Below, piece by piece: positions 1 through 9,537 of a stretch of DNA of 64,000 nucleotides. The stretch covers positions 2,072,709-2,136,708 of the forward strand of contig CP043547.1 of NCBI GenBank assembly GCA_009664345.1, in the 5' to 3' direction. Source of the stretch: Planctomycetales bacterium 10988. Its GTDB lineage: Bacteria; Planctomycetota; Planctomycetia; Pirellulales; Pb10988. The notes beneath the pieces were generated by a model. It did not search any database, had not been told where the DNA came from, and was given only the letters and a program-made list of their open reading frames with translations. Positions within the stretch are counted from its first letter, which is position 1; every line of letters begins with the position of its first letter. A program made the position numbers and the translations under genes.

Positions 1-73
1 CCTCAAGCCCTACTTCCAAGCCCCCTCCACCCAACAGGCCGAGATCCTTTCCGAACCGGTTCGCGTAGAATAA
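1..73 (+). CDS. 3' end of an unidentified upstream gene (partial; reads ...LKPYFQAPSTQQAEILSEPVRVE*)
   Basis: Open frame from the window edge to TAA at 71-73. No identifiable domain in 23 aa. Confidence 0.3.
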   Translation, partial: LKPYFQAPSTQQAEILSEPVRVE

Positions 74-203
74 AGACAGTCTTACAGGAGTTCGTTCCCG
101 TGGTGGCAAGAAAAAACAAGCCGACGGATTGACGAATTTTCTGCTTCCTTTCTAATGAAAGTCCCCCCTGCTCTATTATTCTTATGCAAGAAAGCCGCCT
201 CTG

Positions 204-1304
204 ATGTCTTCGTTTCCCAGTTCAACCTCTGAGAAATCCTCTTCGAATGCTTCCCTTCCCTGGCTCGCTCTGACGATGGGCGACCCGGCAGGAGTTGGTC
301 CCGAAATCTTGGTCCGTTGTTGGCAAGACCCCGCTTTTCATCAAATGGGGAATCTGCTTGCGGTTGGACATCCGGAAATCTTCCGCCAAGCCGCTCACCT
401 CTTTGCCCCTGGCTTACGTGTGGTCGAAGTCTCGGACCCCCACGAAATCCAACCAAGCTGTGAAATGATGCCCTGTTTGGGAATTGGCCTCGATGCGGAT
501 TTCACTTTCGAACCGAAACAAGTCAGCGCGGCAGGCGGTGAAGTGGCCTATCGTGCCTTGGTGCGAGCGGCCGAACTCGCCCAGTCAGGCGAAGTGCAAG
601 CCATTACGACTGCCCCGCTTTGCAAAGAATCGCTCCACGCCGCTGGACATTTTTACCCTGGCCATACCGAACTACTGGCCGAGTTATGTGGCATTGAAGA
701 AGTCGCCATGATGCTCTACTTAGCACCCGATGAATTGGTGAAGGCTCCCGCCGGACTCGGCATCGCTCACGTCACGTTGCATACGGCGATGCGGAATATC
801 TTCGACCAACTCACCCAAGAGGCGATTGCCGCGAAGATTCAACTCACCCATCAAGTGATGCACTGGTTGAAAGGCTCCGCTCCGCGTATCGGTGTGGCCG
901 CCCTCAATCCCCATGGGGGAGAAAACGGCCTCTTCGGCGAGGAAGAAATCCAACAGATTCAGCCAGCCGTCACTGCCATGCAGTCCCAAGGTATTAATGT
1001 GCAAGGGCCTTTCCCGACGGACACCTTGATCTATTCCGCCGCTCGCGAAGGTACCTACGATGGCCTCGTCGCCATGTATCATGATCAGGGGCATATTGCT
1101 TTGAAGTTGCTCGGATTTCATCGGGCGGTGAATATCACCTTGGGCCTGCCAATTGTGCGAACGAGTGTCGCTCACGGCACGGCATTTGATTTGGCCTGGC
1201 AAGGAAAAGCGGAATTGAATAGTCTGCGAGAAGCGGTCCGCGTGGCGGTGATTTTAGCGAATTGTCGGGCAGCCGAACGCCTTCAACTCGCCAAGACTCC
1301 GTGA
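204..1304 (+). CDS. pdxA: 4-hydroxythreonine-4-phosphate dehydrogenase
   Basis: TMGDPAGVGPEI N-terminal signature, HDQGHIALK and VRTSVAHGTAFD metal/active-site motifs typical of PdxA. ATG at 204; an internal M at about 276 is an alternative start. Confidence 0.85.
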   Translation: MSSFPSSTSEKSSSNASLPWLALTMGDPAGVGPEILVRCWQDPAFHQMGNLLAVGHPEIFRQAAHLFAPGLRVVEVSDPHEIQPSCEMMPCLGIGLDADFTFEPKQVSAAGGEVAYRALVRAAELAQSGEVQAITTAPLCKESLHAAGHFYPGHTELLAELCGIEEVAMMLYLAPDELVKAPAGLGIAHVTLHTAMRNIFDQLTQEAIAAKIQLTHQVMHWLKGSAPRIGVAALNPHGGENGLFGEEEIQQIQPAVTAMQSQGINVQGPFPTDTLIYSAAREGTYDGLVAMYHDQGHIALKLLGFHRAVNITLGLPIVRTSVAHGTAFDLAWQGKAELNSLREAVRVAVILANCRAAERLQLAKTP

Positions 1305-1337
1305 GCCGAACAAAAACCTGAACGCGAAGGAGCCCTC

Positions 1338-1988
1338 ATGAGCGGACATTTTCCGCAGCCCAACGATCAGACATGCTATCTCATCTTGGTCCGGCATGGA
1401 GCCACGGACAACAACCTGGCCAATCCCCCTGTCTTGCAAGGGGGCAAGATGAACCCGCCGCTTTCCAAAGAAGGCGAACGCCAAGCGAAATGCCTGCACA
1501 AGCTTTTGGAAAGCGAAAAGATCGCGGCCTTCTATTCCAGTCCACAACACCGGGCTCGTCAAACCGCCGCGATTGCCGCTGGCTGTTCGATTGAAGAAAT
1601 CCCTACCTTCGATGCTTTGGTCGAATGTGATTTAGGAGATTGGGAAGGCCGCTCTTGGCTGGAAATTCAAGAGACGGAACCGGAAGCCTACCGGCAATTC
1701 ATGGATGATCCGGGCATTTATCCGTATGCCGGTGGCGAAAGCTTTGGAGATGTGCAGAAACGCGCCGCCCCGGTGATTCGCGAATTGGTCTCCAAGCACC
1801 TTGGCGAAACGATTGTGATCGTCGCCCATAATATCGTGAACCGCGCGATGCACGCCGAGGCGATGGATTTCCCTTTGAAGTATGTCCGTCGCATTCACCT
1901 CGACAACTGCGGATTCAGCCTCTTCCGCTTCCGCGACGAAACTTTCCGTCAAATCACCATCAATTCGACGATGCATTTGGGAACTTAA
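1338..1988 (+). CDS. histidine phosphatase family protein (phosphoglycerate-mutase-like)
   Basis: LVRHGATDNN RHG catalytic motif and later HN..NRA segment; 34 bp after pdxA, probably co-transcribed. Confidence 0.75.
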   Translation: MSGHFPQPNDQTCYLILVRHGATDNNLANPPVLQGGKMNPPLSKEGERQAKCLHKLLESEKIAAFYSSPQHRARQTAAIAAGCSIEEIPTFDALVECDLGDWEGRSWLEIQETEPEAYRQFMDDPGIYPYAGGESFGDVQKRAAPVIRELVSKHLGETIVIVAHNIVNRAMHAEAMDFPLKYVRRIHLDNCGFSLFRFRDETFRQITINSTMHLGT

Positions 1989-2027
1989 TATTGACGAGCT
2001 TTGGCGAGCCAGCACGAACACCAGGGA

Positions 2028-2105
2028 GACGAAGCGTGATCGGTGTTCGGTTTTCAGTGTTCGGTACTTGATGCGAACACCGCAGCCAGGTGAATGTCGG
2101 TCTGG
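2028..2105. repeat. Minimal copy of the GTGTTCGGTTTTCAG hairpin repeat (left arm plus short complementary tgcgaacaccg)
   Basis: gaagcgtgatcggtgttcggttttcagtgttcggtacttga is nearly identical to the left arms of the 9.27 kb and 10.32 kb copies. The following cgaacaccg can pair with cggtgttcg. It sits just after the stop of the phosphatase gene. Confidence 0.6.
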
Positions 2106-2285
2106 AAGCTGGTGAGTTAGGAAAAGATATTAAAATGCCTCTGCGTTCGATTTTCAGCATTTGATAAGTGTATGGTCTTCGGGAGATCTTCACCCCAAGT
2201 ACCGAAAACCGAACACGCTTCGTTACCTTCTCCTTACACGTCGCAGCTCCTTCAATCCACGTCGCCAGCTTCTTTGATCTTGTTC

Positions 2286-3620
2286 TTATCGAACAAGACA
2301 CCTAAACCGAAGAATCCCCCCTTCGCCGGGTTTGAGGGGTTCGGCGAGTTCCCAACGGAGAACCGAAGAGTCGGCTTCGTTGACGGTGTAGCTGAAGGCG
2401 ACTAGGTTCTGTTTCCAGCGGGGATTGCCTTCTTCGTCGCGAAGAACTTCACCTGCCTCATCACGAAGATAGCCGTTCTTCACACTTGCTTGTGAGCTTT
2501 CCGGGACATAGGCCAAGCGAGGGCTGAGGTTATCCATGATAACGACGTTGTTGATGGTTTTGTCCCCGATGTTATCAAATCGCAACGTAAAATCGACGAA
2601 TTCGCCAGGGTTGGTCGCGTTCTTGGAAGCCACTTTGACGAGCCGCAGTTTCGAGATGCCGCATTCATAGACGACATAGGTTTCTTGGGCCTGCTCGTCA
2701 GTCGCGACTTCGGCGGCCTTCTCTTCATCGATCAGCACCACGGCGGCTTCGGTCGATTCCCAAGTAACGGCCGCATCAATCGACTGGGCTAAGAACGGTT
2801 CTTCGGACTGTTCAAAAATCCCATAGCGAATGAGCGAATAGTTCTCGTGGGCTTTGAAACTGTTGTCAAATCCAACCGCTGCCAGGTACTTGGTCGCGAT
2901 TCCCGCCCAGCGATCGCCGAGATAAGCTTGCGGCGACACTCTGGTGACTTGCCGTCCCAAGGGTACGTTCGCTTGCCGGGACAAGACCTCTTGATCGTCT
3001 TGCATGGCCAACGTCGGCAGACTTTCACGTGTGCCAACAGGATTGATGATCTGTTCGTTCAAGCCGACGCCACTGACCGTGCGAACTGCGGCAAATCGCG
3101 GAGCATAAATCGTGACACGGTTGGAAGGTTGGACGACCAGTTCGCCATCTTCGGTTTCAAAGTGTGCCACGGTATCTTCGATATCGAGACCATCGACTTC
3201 GTCCGCTCGATTGACACCAACTGGCGGACCAATGTCACCACCATCGTAAATGTATTCATCCGCAGGCCAAGGACCAGCCACGCCTGGAGGTGCCCAAGGC
3301 CCAACGGGAATCGGCGTTGGTGCTAAAGTATGTCCTTCCGGCGGAACGGGCGGAGGCCCATTCATAAGCGGTTGGCCAGGCATCATCCCTGGTCCAAGCA
3401 TTCCCGGAGGCATCCCACCCGGAAATCCACCTGGTGGACAATTTGCTGGCATGCCCGCCATCGGATAACCAGGCATCCCTTGCGGTCCGGGCAGTCCAGC
3501 CATCTCCGGCGACATCGGGCCAGGTGCTTGGCAAGAGCAGAAAAAGAGCAACAACGATGCGGCGGTTCCTCGCACGGGCAACGTCAGCCAGCGGTAGATA
3601 GTTGATTTTCGATCCATCAT
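2286..3620 (-). CDS. secreted Pro/Gly/Met-rich protein with DUF11-like C-terminal domain
   Basis: N-terminal hydrophobic signal, then GMPGYPMAGMP...PGMLGPGMMPG low-complexity segment. C-terminal FVDFTLRFDNIGDKTINNVVIMDNL resembles the DUF11 conserved repeat. Last gene of a three-gene minus-strand cluster. Confidence 0.6.
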   Translation of the reverse strand: MMDRKSTIYRWLTLPVRGTAASLLLFFCSCQAPGPMSPEMAGLPGPQGMPGYPMAGMPANCPPGGFPGGMPPGMLGPGMMPGQPLMNGPPPVPPEGHTLAPTPIPVGPWAPPGVAGPWPADEYIYDGGDIGPPVGVNRADEVDGLDIEDTVAHFETEDGELVVQPSNRVTIYAPRFAAVRTVSGVGLNEQIINPVGTRESLPTLAMQDDQEVLSRQANVPLGRQVTRVSPQAYLGDRWAGIATKYLAAVGFDNSFKAHENYSLIRYGIFEQSEEPFLAQSIDAAVTWESTEAAVVLIDEEKAAEVATDEQAQETYVVYECGISKLRLVKVASKNATNPGEFVDFTLRFDNIGDKTINNVVIMDNLSPRLAYVPESSQASVKNGYLRDEAGEVLRDEEGNPRWKQNLVAFSYTVNEADSSVLRWELAEPLKPGEGGILRFRCLVR

Positions 3621-3635
3621 GAAAACCTGTTTCTC

Positions 3636-4625
3636 TTATCGAAAGAACCGTACAGTAGGTCGCTCACTCATCGTCCCGGACTCGGTCGCGGGAGCGATGG
3701 GATTGGCTGGATACGTTTGATTATAGGGTTGCCCAGTTTGCGGATTCACGGGTTCCGAGGGAGGAAGCGTCCCCGGCTGACGTGGTCCATTCAGCATCGT
3801 GGGGACTTTCGCAGGGGGCATCGAAACCGGCGGAAGTTCATCCTTGGCAGCATCGCGGGAATAGTAAGGATGCGGTGGCGTCGGGGCCGCTGGTTGATTG
3901 AAGCGAATGAACGGCACATTCGGTCCAATGAAATCGGCTTCGTACATGCCGGGTTGCGTCGGTTGCCGACTTCCAATTCGCAAGATAGCCACTGGTCTGC
4001 CCAAGGTATCCGCCACTTGAATCGGATTGGCTCCCGTCCCGGCATCGAACCAGCGTTGCTTGGCAGGGTTGTCGGCTACCGGCATGGCGTTGTTGGGATT
4101 TTCTAGATAAATCACCCTGGTGACAAACTGCCCATTGAGAGCCAAAGTCAAATCTTCAATCGAAAGATCAATCGGAATCGGGAACTCCCGCTCGCGTCCA
4201 ACCGGCGGATAGATACGATCGATCAATTCAATCGTCGGGTATATCGCTTGATTTTCGGCAAAAGGAATATTGGAAACCTTCAGGCGATAAACAGCTCCGA
4301 CCAACAGCCCGACTTCTCGTGGCAAGGCCGTTAACGGCTCAAACTGTCCATTCACTGCCATGGCGACCGTGAGCGGTCCTTCGGATTGCAGGCGAATGGG
4401 TTGATAATATCCTTGCACAGGATAACCGCGTTGCACGGCCGTTCCTCCAACCACCCCCGGTGGCGGAGTCGGCGACCAGCGATAATTCACCGGGTCATTG
4501 ATTTGGGCAACTGCGAGCGAGGTCGCAAAGGTCGTCAGCAGGAAACTACTCCAACCGACCAATAAAGAACAAACAGGAAATGATGGTTTGAGCCGGATGT
4601 GAGACATGACGTGAAGACTCCTCAA
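3636..4625 (-). CDS. secreted hypothetical protein, paralog A of tandem pair
   Basis: Signal-like N-terminus and Pro-rich C-terminus. Core motifs AVYRLKVSNIP...YPTIELI and GQFVTRVIYLENP...AILRIGSRQ align with the upstream paralog. Only 15 bp separate it from the downstream gene. Confidence 0.6.
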   Translation of the reverse strand: MRSLHVMSHIRLKPSFPVCSLLVGWSSFLLTTFATSLAVAQINDPVNYRWSPTPPPGVVGGTAVQRGYPVQGYYQPIRLQSEGPLTVAMAVNGQFEPLTALPREVGLLVGAVYRLKVSNIPFAENQAIYPTIELIDRIYPPVGREREFPIPIDLSIEDLTLALNGQFVTRVIYLENPNNAMPVADNPAKQRWFDAGTGANPIQVADTLGRPVAILRIGSRQPTQPGMYEADFIGPNVPFIRFNQPAAPTPPHPYYSRDAAKDELPPVSMPPAKVPTMLNGPRQPGTLPPSEPVNPQTGQPYNQTYPANPIAPATESGTMSERPTVRFFR

Positions 4626-4826
4626 TATTTTCTATCCGGCGATGCGAAGCGTTTCGAAGGAACGCTTCACACGCAAAAGGCCGCAGGCTTCTACGGCTGA
4701 ACCTGCCTCCCTCGATATCCAGGGACCGAAGGAGGCAAGCTTTCTCGAAGGCAACTTTTTCCTCTGCCGAGGCCTAACCCAACGTGGTCCTCAGCCCCGA
4801 CAGAGATTCGATCTCCTCAGCTCGCC

Positions 4827-5870
4827 TTACTTGCCGAACTCGTGAACATGCACGCGATCAACAGGTTTCGGATAGCTGTAACCCGGCGATTCCTTGATGT
4901 TGTACTTCATGTGATCGACCGGCAACGGAATATGATGCGGGGTGTAGTTTCGCATCGTATGTTGTTGCAAGCCGGCAGGAGCACCCAAAGGAAGATGCGG
5001 AGGTCCAGGAAGTCCGATCGGAGTTCCGGTGCGGGGAAGTCCCCATTGCGGACCCGGAGCACCAACGGCTCCCGGAGGCACAGCCGCCATCGGCATGCCG
5101 CCTGGTCCCATCGGTCCCATCATGCCGGCACCACCGACCATTTGGCCGTCAGGTCCAGGCAGTTGGAAATCTTTGTTCCCCAAGCGAACGATAGCCAAGA
5201 TAGCTCCGCGGCGATCGGCTTCGACAATCGGATCGACACCCGGATCAAGTCGCGTGCTGACGAGTGTTTCCACCCCAGCGATGGCCAGTTCTTGGAATTC
5301 AGGATCGGGAAGATAGATGACCTTGGTGACAAAGTGTCCGGTTTGGACTTGGTCGAAATCTTCCGGAGTGAACTGAATCGGAATCGAGTTGTGCGACAAG
5401 TAAGCAGCCGTTCGCGGCAAGACCGGAGCCACTTCCAACGAAGGATAGAGTTCCAATCCAGGACGATTCGGAATGTTGGTCAATTTCAAGCGGTAGATCG
5501 CCCCTTGGCCGAAATTGAAACGACCCGGCACGATAAGCGGTTGCGAATCGAACATGCCCGGTTGGATAGCATCCCATTGGACTTGCATCCCCGCGGGGCC
5601 AATGAAGGCAACTTGCGAAGTCGGAGGTGGTCCAGGCGGTCTCATGGGGGGCATCGGCGGAATGACACCAGGCCCAGGTCCAGCAACTCCGGGACCAGGG
5701 TGCATCAGCCGTTCGGCCGGAGGTAATTTATTCGCCGCATGGGCGAGGCCCGCAGCTCCATTACAATCTCCCCCCGGTCCGCAGGTAGGATTGAATAACA
5801 TACGCGAATGGACGCAACCGACGCCTGTCAGTGCGAGCCAAGTAAATGCCAAAGCCAGTAGATATCTCAT
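4827..5870 (-). CDS. secreted hypothetical protein, paralog B of tandem pair
   Basis: [19 protein letters not shown] signal, Cys-containing N-region, [18 protein letters not shown] and C-terminal [15 protein letters not shown] low complexity. Core [11 protein letters not shown]...YPSLEVA and [13 protein letters not shown]...[12 protein letters not shown] are shared with paralog A. Confidence 0.6.
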   Translation of the reverse strand: MRYLLALAFTWLALTGVGCVHSRMLFNPTCGPGGDCNGAAGLAHAANKLPPAERLMHPGPGVAGPGPGVIPPMPPMRPPGPPPTSQVAFIGPAGMQVQWDAIQPGMFDSQPLIVPGRFNFGQGAIYRLKLTNIPNRPGLELYPSLEVAPVLPRTAAYLSHNSIPIQFTPEDFDQVQTGHFVTKVIYLPDPEFQELAIAGVETLVSTRLDPGVDPIVEADRRGAILAIVRLGNKDFQLPGPDGQMVGGAGMMGPMGPGGMPMAAVPPGAVGAPGPQWGLPRTGTPIGLPGPPHLPLGAPAGLQQHTMRNYTPHHIPLPVDHMKYNIKESPGYSYPKPVDRVHVHEFGK

Positions 5871-6317
5871 CAGTCTTTCCCTCGGGACAAGCTAGCGTCA
5901 TCCTTAGCGCCACGTCTTCCGGCAAATCGGCATCAAACCGATCCGGATTGGCATGGACCCCTGCCGCCGCCCGCCCTATAGTGGGCTCGCGAACCGGCAC
6001 TTTTGTACTCTGGACAGCTTCGACCCAACCATTACGCGTCGAGTGCGTCCACCATTGTTGGTTTCAGGATCGGTCGATCTCGGAAAAAGGCATTTGTGAT
6101 CCATCTCAAATTACCTCGAATATCTCGACTCTCCATGACCCATGCGGGGAGAACGACAACGTAGGCATTTGTCATTCGGCATGAATCAATCGTTCCCCTT
6201 CTTGCGTGGAAGGAGCGGGGTGAGGCCTCCAGGTGATCCTGCGTGAGGATCTTCCTCTGCATCCTAGTTCGGTCCGTTGCCATGCGAATCTTTGGAAAAT
6301 CCGTCAGAACCGTAGTG

Positions 6318-7298
6318 ATGAAAAATTTTGATAACTTGAGAATGTCGTTCCCAAGCCTATTTTTGGCTGTCTTAGGGCTATCTTTTTTTCTTGGCTGGTC
6401 CCCACTTTTTGGTCAGCAGGACGCTCCACAAGCGGCTCCGCTGGAAGGTCACCAGCTTCTCCAAATTGCCCTCGATCGCCTAAATGCCACGCCGGAACTC
6501 ACCGTCCGCTTTCGCCAAGAGGTCAAAACCTTCGGCCCAGTCGTACGAGGAGCAGGCATCTATGTGAAAGGCTCCGGCAACCGTTCTTACTTTGAACTCA
6601 AAATCCAAGGCGAACACGGACAGCCACCGACCGTCGTGCAACAAGTCTGCGATGGCAAGACGCTCTGGGAATTCCGCGACATCTTGGGCAAAACGGAACT
6701 GGTCCGCGTTGAGCGTGCCCATGTCGAAGAAGTCCTCAAAGCCAATCCTCACCATCTCCCCCAGCCTCTGCAACTTCAAGGCATCGGCGGACTTGCTCGC
6801 ATGCTTTCCGGATTGCAAGCGGCTTTTCGATTTCATCGACCACGAAGGGTCGTTCGCTCAAGCCAAGATCAACAAAAGCAAGATGTCGCGGTCTTGCGAG
6901 GCACTTGGAAAACGGAATCGTGGATGCGTCTGCTTCCCGAACAGGCCGAAGCAATCGCCCAGGGACAGCCGCCGAACCGCGATTCCTTGCCCGATTATTT
7001 GCCCACAGAGGTTGAACTTCACCTCCGCTCCAAGGACCTCTTGCCGGTCTATCTGGAGCTTTCTCGCCTGGAAGAAGTGGAATGGGCCTGGCCTTGGCAA
7101 GAGAAAGAAAAACTCCCACTGCGGCGGGTTCCCTTCGTCACCATGCACTTTTTCGGACATCTACCGCGCGTCGAGGACGAAACCGTCTTCCAAATCGATC
7201 CCCACGATCCCCGCCTTCAAGCGGCCGAAGACCGCACCGAAACCTTCTTGCACCAACTCGATATGCACATGATGGTGAATCCGGAAGGAATGGAGTGA
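6318..7298 (+). CDS. hypothetical secreted protein
   Basis: Long ORF. The likely start is MKNF (6318) or MSFPSLF (6342), ahead of the hydrophobic signal LFLAVLGLSFFLGWSPLFG. No recognisable domain. Confidence 0.5.
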   Translation: MKNFDNLRMSFPSLFLAVLGLSFFLGWSPLFGQQDAPQAAPLEGHQLLQIALDRLNATPELTVRFRQEVKTFGPVVRGAGIYVKGSGNRSYFELKIQGEHGQPPTVVQQVCDGKTLWEFRDILGKTELVRVERAHVEEVLKANPHHLPQPLQLQGIGGLARMLSGLQAAFRFHRPRRVVRSSQDQQKQDVAVLRGTWKTESWMRLLPEQAEAIAQGQPPNRDSLPDYLPTEVELHLRSKDLLPVYLELSRLEEVEWAWPWQEKEKLPLRRVPFVTMHFFGHLPRVEDETVFQIDPHDPRLQAAEDRTETFLHQLDMHMMVNPEGME

Positions 7299-7344
7299 GT
7301 GGCTGGTGAACCATTGTTAATAGTTTTGAAGGAATGAAAAAGTA

Positions 7345-7400
7345 AGGAATCGGTTTCAGGGTTCGGGTTTCGGTACTTGGAGTGAACATTTCCCGCCAGT
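7345..7400. repeat. Degenerate relative of the GGTTTCAG/GTTCGG repeat family
   Basis: ggctggtgaa...cggtttcagggttcgggtttcggtacttggagtga shares the ggctggtgaa and GTTTCAG-GTTCGG-TACTTGGAGTGA segments with the full copies. It lies between convergent gene ends. Confidence 0.4.
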
Positions 7401-7428
7401 GAAACAGATTCCCGTCTTTTACCAGGAC

Positions 7429-7935
7429 TTAGATCATTTCAGCAGGGAGGCTATGTCGATAATTTTTTTCCCAAGTTTTGAAGGCTTGATAGCTTTCTGC
7501 TGACTGTTGAGCTTGGTCGATGATCTCTACGATTTTGGCGGAATCGGGATAATGAAGTAGCTCTGCTAACTGTGTTACTTTCTCTTTGCTTAAGTCCATT
7601 TCAGCACGAAACCAAACGAGAAGATGAGCGACAATGGCGAAAATCGAATAGCCTAACAATTCATACTCCTCTGGAAGTTCGGTATCGAACTTAAAATATT
7701 CGCGTCGACCCGCTTCTTCCCAAAAAGCGAAGATTCGTCCATTGTTTTCCCACAAGGGAGTGAGTTTTCTGCCATGCGGGGTAACGTCCTCTTCGTAGAC
7801 AATCCAAGGAACTTGACAGCGATGGGCAAACACTCGATCCATCTCTCCTCCCCTTCCTTGTGTTAACTTCAAGAGATTCTCAGGAAGATTCAACTCCGCT
7901 ATTTCCTTCTCAACCATCGCCTTATCCAAAATCAT
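7429..7935 (-). CDS. hypothetical cytoplasmic protein
   Basis: 168-aa ORF with no overlap and plausible composition. No confident family assignment; the Trp/Glu-rich core is vaguely SMI1/KNR4-like. Confidence 0.45.
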   Translation of the reverse strand: MILDKAMVEKEIAELNLPENLLKLTQGRGGEMDRVFAHRCQVPWIVYEEDVTPHGRKLTPLWENNGRIFAFWEEAGRREYFKFDTELPEEYELLGYSIFAIVAHLLVWFRAEMDLSKEKVTQLAELLHYPDSAKIVEIIDQAQQSAESYQAFKTWEKNYRHSLPAEMI

Positions 7936-8106
7936 TTTCGCATCCTTTTCTAGATTCCCTTGTCACAAGAATAAGAGAACCAGCCAATCTCTCGCCCCTC
8001 GCCTCTAATCCCTTGCCCCTTCCCCGCCTCCTAGGATTTTCCAGCGTTCTCGTTACAATAGACAGGCTGGAAACAAATTGCACGTCAACAATCTCTTGGG
8101 GAAGGT

Positions 8107-9228
8107 ATGTCTGGAATGGTCGAAGGGTGGATTGCCGATCGTATGGCCGGAATCGATAGCTCGGGGATTCGCAAGGTCTTTGACCTGGCCGCGAAGATGT
8201 CCAACCCGGTGAATCTCTCGATCGGACAACCTGATTTTGATGTCCCCGAGTCCGTCCGCGAGGCCGCGATCGAGGCCATTCAAAGCCGCAAAAATGGCTA
8301 CGCCCTCACCCAGGGGATGCCGCAATTACGCGAAAAATTACAAGCTCGCGTCGATAAAATCGGCCACGAAGACCGCTCGGTGTTTGTCACCAGCGGAACA
8401 AGCGGGGCCTTGCAACTCTCGCTGATGGCCCTCGTCAATCCTGGAGATGAAGTCATCTTTTTCGATCCCTATTTCGTCATGTATCCGGCCTTGGTCCGCC
8501 TCGCAGGGGGCGTTCCGGTGATCATCGACACCTATCCCGATTTCAAAATCCCGATCGAAAAGGTCGAAGCCGCCATCACCCCGAAGACCAAAGCGATTCT
8601 CTTCAATAGCCCTGCCAATCCGACGGGGGTGGTCAATTCCAAGGAAGAGATCAAAGCCCTGGCAGAATTGGCACAAAAACACAACCTCGCCCTGATCAGC
8701 GATGAGATTTACAGCACTTTTTGCTATGAAGATAACTTCGCTTCGCCAGCGGATTATTATCCTCAAACCATTGTCATTGATGGTTTTAGCAAATCGTATG
8801 GCATGACGGGTTGGCGAGTTGGTTGGATGCATGGACCGAAGGCACTCATGGAAGCGATGATTCGTTTGCAGCAATATTCCTTTGTCTGTGCCCCGCATCC
8901 GTTCCAGCTTGCTGCGGTGACGGCACTCGATATTGACCAGTCTAAAGAAGTTGACAACTACCGCAAAAAACGGGATATGATTCTCGACGGTCTCAAGGAT
9001 CATTACGAAATCCCGCATCCCGGTGGAGCTTTTTACATCTTTCCCAAACTACCTTGGGGACCCGGCGAAAAGTTCATCAAAACCGCGATCGACAACAATC
9101 TCCTCATCATTCCCGGCTCCATCTTCAGCAACAAAGACACCAACTTCCGCATCTCCTACGCTGCCAGCGACGAAACCATTCAAAAAGGAATCGACATTTT
9201 GGTGAAGTTGGCGAAGGAAGGGAAATAA
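8107..9228 (+). CDS. pyridoxal-phosphate-dependent aminotransferase, class I/II (aspartate aminotransferase-like)
   Basis: GQPDF, ...NPTG, and SKSYGMTGWRVGW with the PLP-lysine context. RBS-like ggggaagg sits before the ATG. Confidence 0.85.
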   Translation: MSGMVEGWIADRMAGIDSSGIRKVFDLAAKMSNPVNLSIGQPDFDVPESVREAAIEAIQSRKNGYALTQGMPQLREKLQARVDKIGHEDRSVFVTSGTSGALQLSLMALVNPGDEVIFFDPYFVMYPALVRLAGGVPVIIDTYPDFKIPIEKVEAAITPKTKAILFNSPANPTGVVNSKEEIKALAELAQKHNLALISDEIYSTFCYEDNFASPADYYPQTIVIDGFSKSYGMTGWRVGWMHGPKALMEAMIRLQQYSFVCAPHPFQLAAVTALDIDQSKEVDNYRKKRDMILDGLKDHYEIPHPGGAFYIFPKLPWGPGEKFIKTAIDNNLLIIPGSIFSNKDTNFRISYAASDETIQKGIDILVKLAKEGK

Positions 9229-9258
9229 GGATTTTCCTTGCTTGGCAAGGAAAGTTGC
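9229..9258 (+). terminator. Stem-loop ttccttgcttggcaaggaa immediately after the aminotransferase stop
   Basis: 7-8 bp GC-containing stem directly after TAA, with a weak U-tract (gttgcttg). The same hairpin, inverted, follows the DUF1080 gene at 10527-10546. Confidence 0.4.
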
Positions 9259-9261
9259 TTG

Positions 9262-9482
9262 AGGATGGAACGAAGCGTGTTCGGTGTTCGGTTTTCAGTG
9301 TTCGGTACTTGAGGTGAAAACCGGAGGCTAGTGAAGGTCGAGTCAGTTTCAATCCAAGTTTAAGATGGGTCTTTAAAGACCTTCAGAGTTTGAGAACGGG
9401 ACAGTCTTCGGAAATTTTCACCCTGGGACCGAACACTGAAAACCGAACACTGAAAACCGAACACTGAAAACCGAACACGACC
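9262..9482. repeat. ERIC/MITE-like hairpin repeat, full copy A
   Basis: The left arm cgtgttcggtgttcggttttcagtgttcggtac is the reverse complement of the right arm gaccgaacactgaaaaccgaacac, with three tandem ccgaacactgaaaa units on the right. About 110 bp core contains the small palindrome ggtctttaaagacc. Confidence 0.7.
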
Positions 9483-9537
9483 CCGTCACCCTGGTCATGG
9501 TGAAATCCCGCCAAGGCGGGCTTCCCTACCCTCAAAC

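Noticed and set aside
82-456. 124-aa minus-strand ORF
   Set aside because: Largely overlaps pdxA on the opposite strand, is Arg/Gly-rich in a GC-biased antisense frame, and has no domain. Judged spurious.
4842-5726. 294-aa plus-strand ORF (Arg/Ser-rich)
   Set aside because: Antisense to the secreted paralog B gene. Extreme Arg/Ser content is typical of antisense translation of Pro/Gly-rich coding DNA.
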